Part shown: positions 1-64,000 of the stretch, piece by piece
Position numbering within the stretch: the first letter of the stretch is position 1
How the letters are laid out: each line of letters opens with the position of its first letter
DNA from: Octopus sinensis
Lineage: Eukaryota
Direction: 5' to 3'
Assembly: GCF_006345805.1 (NCBI RefSeq)
Contig: NC_042999.1
Span: 147,994,001 to 148,058,000, forward strand
DNA: 64,000 nucleotides
The notes under the pieces: model-generated
Seen by the model: the letters and a program-made list of their open reading frames with translations, nothing else
Told to the model about the DNA's origin: nothing
Databases searched by the model: none
Made by a program: the position numbers and the translations under genes

Positions 1-29
1 ACTGAGTAAATGAACAGAAAATAACTTAC

Positions 30-60845
<60,816 letters not shown>

Positions 60846-61610
60846 CTGTATATAAAAAAAGGGAAAAGGATTAGAAATTACAGCATAGTTATTGAATTAT
60901 GAAGCGACTGAGCAGAAGAAATCAGAATTTATATTTGGGGTATTTTCAAATATTAATTATTAATTTTTGAAATAGTAACAAATAGATTTATATTTTTTAA
61001 CCTCAAAAATATTCCAAATAGCTCTCAAATCACTTTATTTATCTGATGTTGTTACAAAGATTTGTAACAATATCAAATCAGTGAAGTGATCCCTCTTAAT
61101 CCGAGTGATAGCCTGAATGAGAAATCAATGGATGTTGTTTCTTTCAACAAGGGAAGATTGTAGTTGGTCATTGAATGAACTACACACTAATAGAAGCAAG
61201 TGGCTGGGCATTGCACAGAATTTTGAACATTTAATTTAATCTTCAAATGGATTCAGCACATGACAATGGGTTTTGTGACAAGACACTACTCTATTCAGAG
61301 ATACAAGCTATCTGATACGTAATTCATACAGTTTTCTTTTTTCCAATTTCAGTCAGAAAGTTTAAGTTGACCAAAGACTACGATGGAATGTATTTGTATC
61401 GTGTATCTGGAGCATTGTGTTAAGAAACAAATTTTTAACCACTTTGCCACGTGCTTATATAATCCTAGTGATGGACAAGCTCGAATACACACAGGCAGAG
61501 ATGACTAACAAAAGGTTCTGCAAATATGTGTGTGCGTGTGTGTTATATAAAATAAGGTAACAAGGCCGAGACAATGTGATATTTCTAGGACGTTTAAAAA
61601 GGGAAAGGTA

Positions 61611-61658
61611 GTCTTACAGTTGTTTAAGAGAAATAAATGATATCCCATCATCAGAGAC
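61611..61658 (-). ncRNA. Decayed hammerhead, same family as 3630-3677
   Basis: GTCT-CTGATGA-T-GGGATAT..ATTTCTC-T-TAAA-C-AACT-G-TA-AGAC. Stem I perfect; GAAA changed to TAAA. Confidence 0.5.
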
Positions 61659-61852
61659 CAGTTAAGCGATTTTCAATAGAAGCAATTAGTAGAGTTCAAC
61701 ATATAAGGAGTTATTTTGGAAAGGGGGAGATACAGAACGTATAAAGGAAAATATGAAAATAAAAATACATGTCAAATGCTAAAAGTTATTGTGCCGTTAT
61801 ATATATAAGTCTATGAGAATTACTTAATTGGGTTTTTGAACTGTAAAGGTCA

Positions 61853-62100
61853 TCATCATCATCATCATCGTTTAGCGTCCGTTTTCCATGCTAGCATGGG
61901 TTGGACGGTTCTACTGGGGTCTGTGAAGCCAGAAGGCTTCATCAAGCCCAGTCAAATCTGGCAGTGTTTCTACGGCTGGATGCCCTTCCTAACGCCAACC
62001 ACTCTGAGAGTGTAGTGGGTGCTTTTTACGTGCCACCTGCACAGGTGCCAGACAGAGCTGGAAAACGGCCACGAACGGATGGTGCTTTTTATGTGCCACC
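61853..62100 (-). mobile_element. Non-autonomous element with an RTE-type 3' end and (GAT)n tail
   Basis: Reverse-orientation homologue of 27903-28098. Confidence 0.75.
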
Positions 62101-62887
62101 AGCAGAGGGCCAAACAATAATGAAATCTTTTAAAAGCATGTTACTAACTTTATTGCGAAAAGTTTTTTTTTTAGTGTGTGGGTGTTTTCGTTTAACCTTT
62201 TCAAACTGTTACAGCAAGGATTTTACATAAAGAATGGGTAAAAAAGATGAGTGAAGAAAAGAGGGAGAAAAAGAAAGAGAAAGACAGAGAGTTAAAGAAG
62301 AGAGGGTGAATGAGAAATGAAAGGGAAAGTGAAAAATGCTTAGTTTGAAACTTAAGGAATTTCAATACTTGCCAGGAAAGAAGGGTGCTTTAGATACATC
62401 ATTAGGTACATGGAAAAATTGGTGCCCGAGTCTATAACCGCATATGTAATTTGAGTTAAAATTACAGGAAATGGAGTTTTTAGCTAAAGAAATAGATAAA
62501 TAAAAATTAAAATGAAATCAATCAATCAGTTTATGCATTATAATTATGAACATTTTTCTCATTATCATCATCAGTGTTATCGTGTACAGCATCATTATCT
62601 ACATTTGCTGTAATCGAAATCATTGGCATCATCAATAATATTATCAGCATCATCATAACCGTTATCGTCATCACCATTGCCTTCGTCATCGTAAGCGTCA
62701 CCGTACTTTTTATTGTGCTCATTATCAAGGGATTTAATGCCCTTCCCAACGCATATCGTTATATAACTGGAAGAGAATCCCGCATATAAGATTTTCTATA
62801 AATAGTATCAGTAGAAAATTCGACAACATTCATATTAACACATTAGCGCAGTTGTATTTTCAATACGCGGAGAAATAAAAAAGAAAA

Positions 62888-62927
<40 letters not shown>

Positions 62928-63342
62928 TATATACATATATATATATATACAGACATACATACATACATACATACATACATACATACATACATACATACAT
63001 ACATACATGCATACATGCATGCATGCATACATACATACATACATACATTTGTATATATGTATAACATATATACCAAGTGTGGCGTCATATACAGGACAGT
63101 GTTACTGACAGTTATAGTCCCAGGAAGACATATCTTCCAGTTGGCTAACAACACACATTCTGAGTCCGATTAGTATTTGCAAGGGGAGGTCATCGCTCCT
63201 TATCTCTAGCCTTACGTGATACACACGTACTCGAGTTTCTGGTTGGTTACCCGTCCTCAGCGTGTGTTCATCACCGGCTAGTGAGGATAACTCATTCCAC
63301 TCGCAAAATATTATGTTTTTTGCAGTGACAAATTAATGCTGA

Positions 63343-63395
<53 letters not shown>

Positions 63396-63522
63396 AGTAA
63401 TGCTTATATGCCAACATAACGTGGCAGTCCTGTAAAGGACGATGTCACTGTTGTTTTAGCCCCAGTGATTTAAGACATGTATATATATATATGTGTGCCT
63501 GTATGTATATATATATATATAC

Positions 63523-63563
<41 letters not shown>

Positions 63564-63654
63564 TATATCATATATATATATATATATATATAATATATAT
63601 ATATGTTTTACCATATATACATAATATATATATATACATACATATATATGTGCG

Positions 63655-63712
<58 letters not shown>

Positions 63713-64000
63713 AAAAACATATTAAAAGACGTGTATTTATGTGTCTTTCTAAACCGAATCCGCTATCACCTTTAATATACCCAAACTACCAACAGCGCTT
63801 CAATTGTTTGTCTTTCTACTTTCGATATCATCTGACTTCACTCTTTAATGTCATCGTCCTTAGACAATTACATAATCGCAACTTTTCTTGTCTCAGCTCC
63901 ACATCGCATACTAATGCTATGGATGCAGAGACCGAATCAATTCCTATCCTCTGCCATCTACATCAACTAATCCCGTCACCAATACATATCTGTCATCGAT

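Noticed and set aside
60848-64000. Exon encoding the N-terminal half of MAM domain 1
   Set aside because: No CxFE..C exon was found by eye; it is presumably beyond the window.

Overview
AT-rich, microsatellite-rich animal genomic DNA; the SINE families look like those of Octopus, so a cephalopod origin is likely but is my inference. The window lies inside one minus-strand gene whose 5' and 3' ends fall outside it. I reconstructed 15 GT-AG exons (60845 down to 30; 2309 nt, one continuous frame, 769 full codons) encoding MAM-LDLa-MAM-LDLa-SRCR-LDLa-LDLa-SRCR-trypsin-like domain. The trypsin-like domain lacks the catalytic His and Asp and the R-IVGG activation site, so it is a predicted pseudo-protease. 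The introns are packed with mobile DNA: a near-full-length Tx1/L1-clade LINE with a tandem 3' copy, CR1/L2-group LINEs, a HERO-like REL element, RTE and mariner relics, several Helitrons and tRNA-derived SINEs. The most striking non-coding signal is a set of type I hammerhead ribozymes of the minimal Penelope-associated kind. Four are intact, one is an ultra-minimal variant and about seven are decayed. They come from several unrelated sequence families, and wherever stem III survives it is (near-)palindromic. Three foldback elements place the ribozyme at the outer end of an inverted repeat, including a 721-bp near-perfect palindrome, so its antisense copy is transcribed first. All coordinates and alignments were worked out by eye; no searches or folding programs were run.
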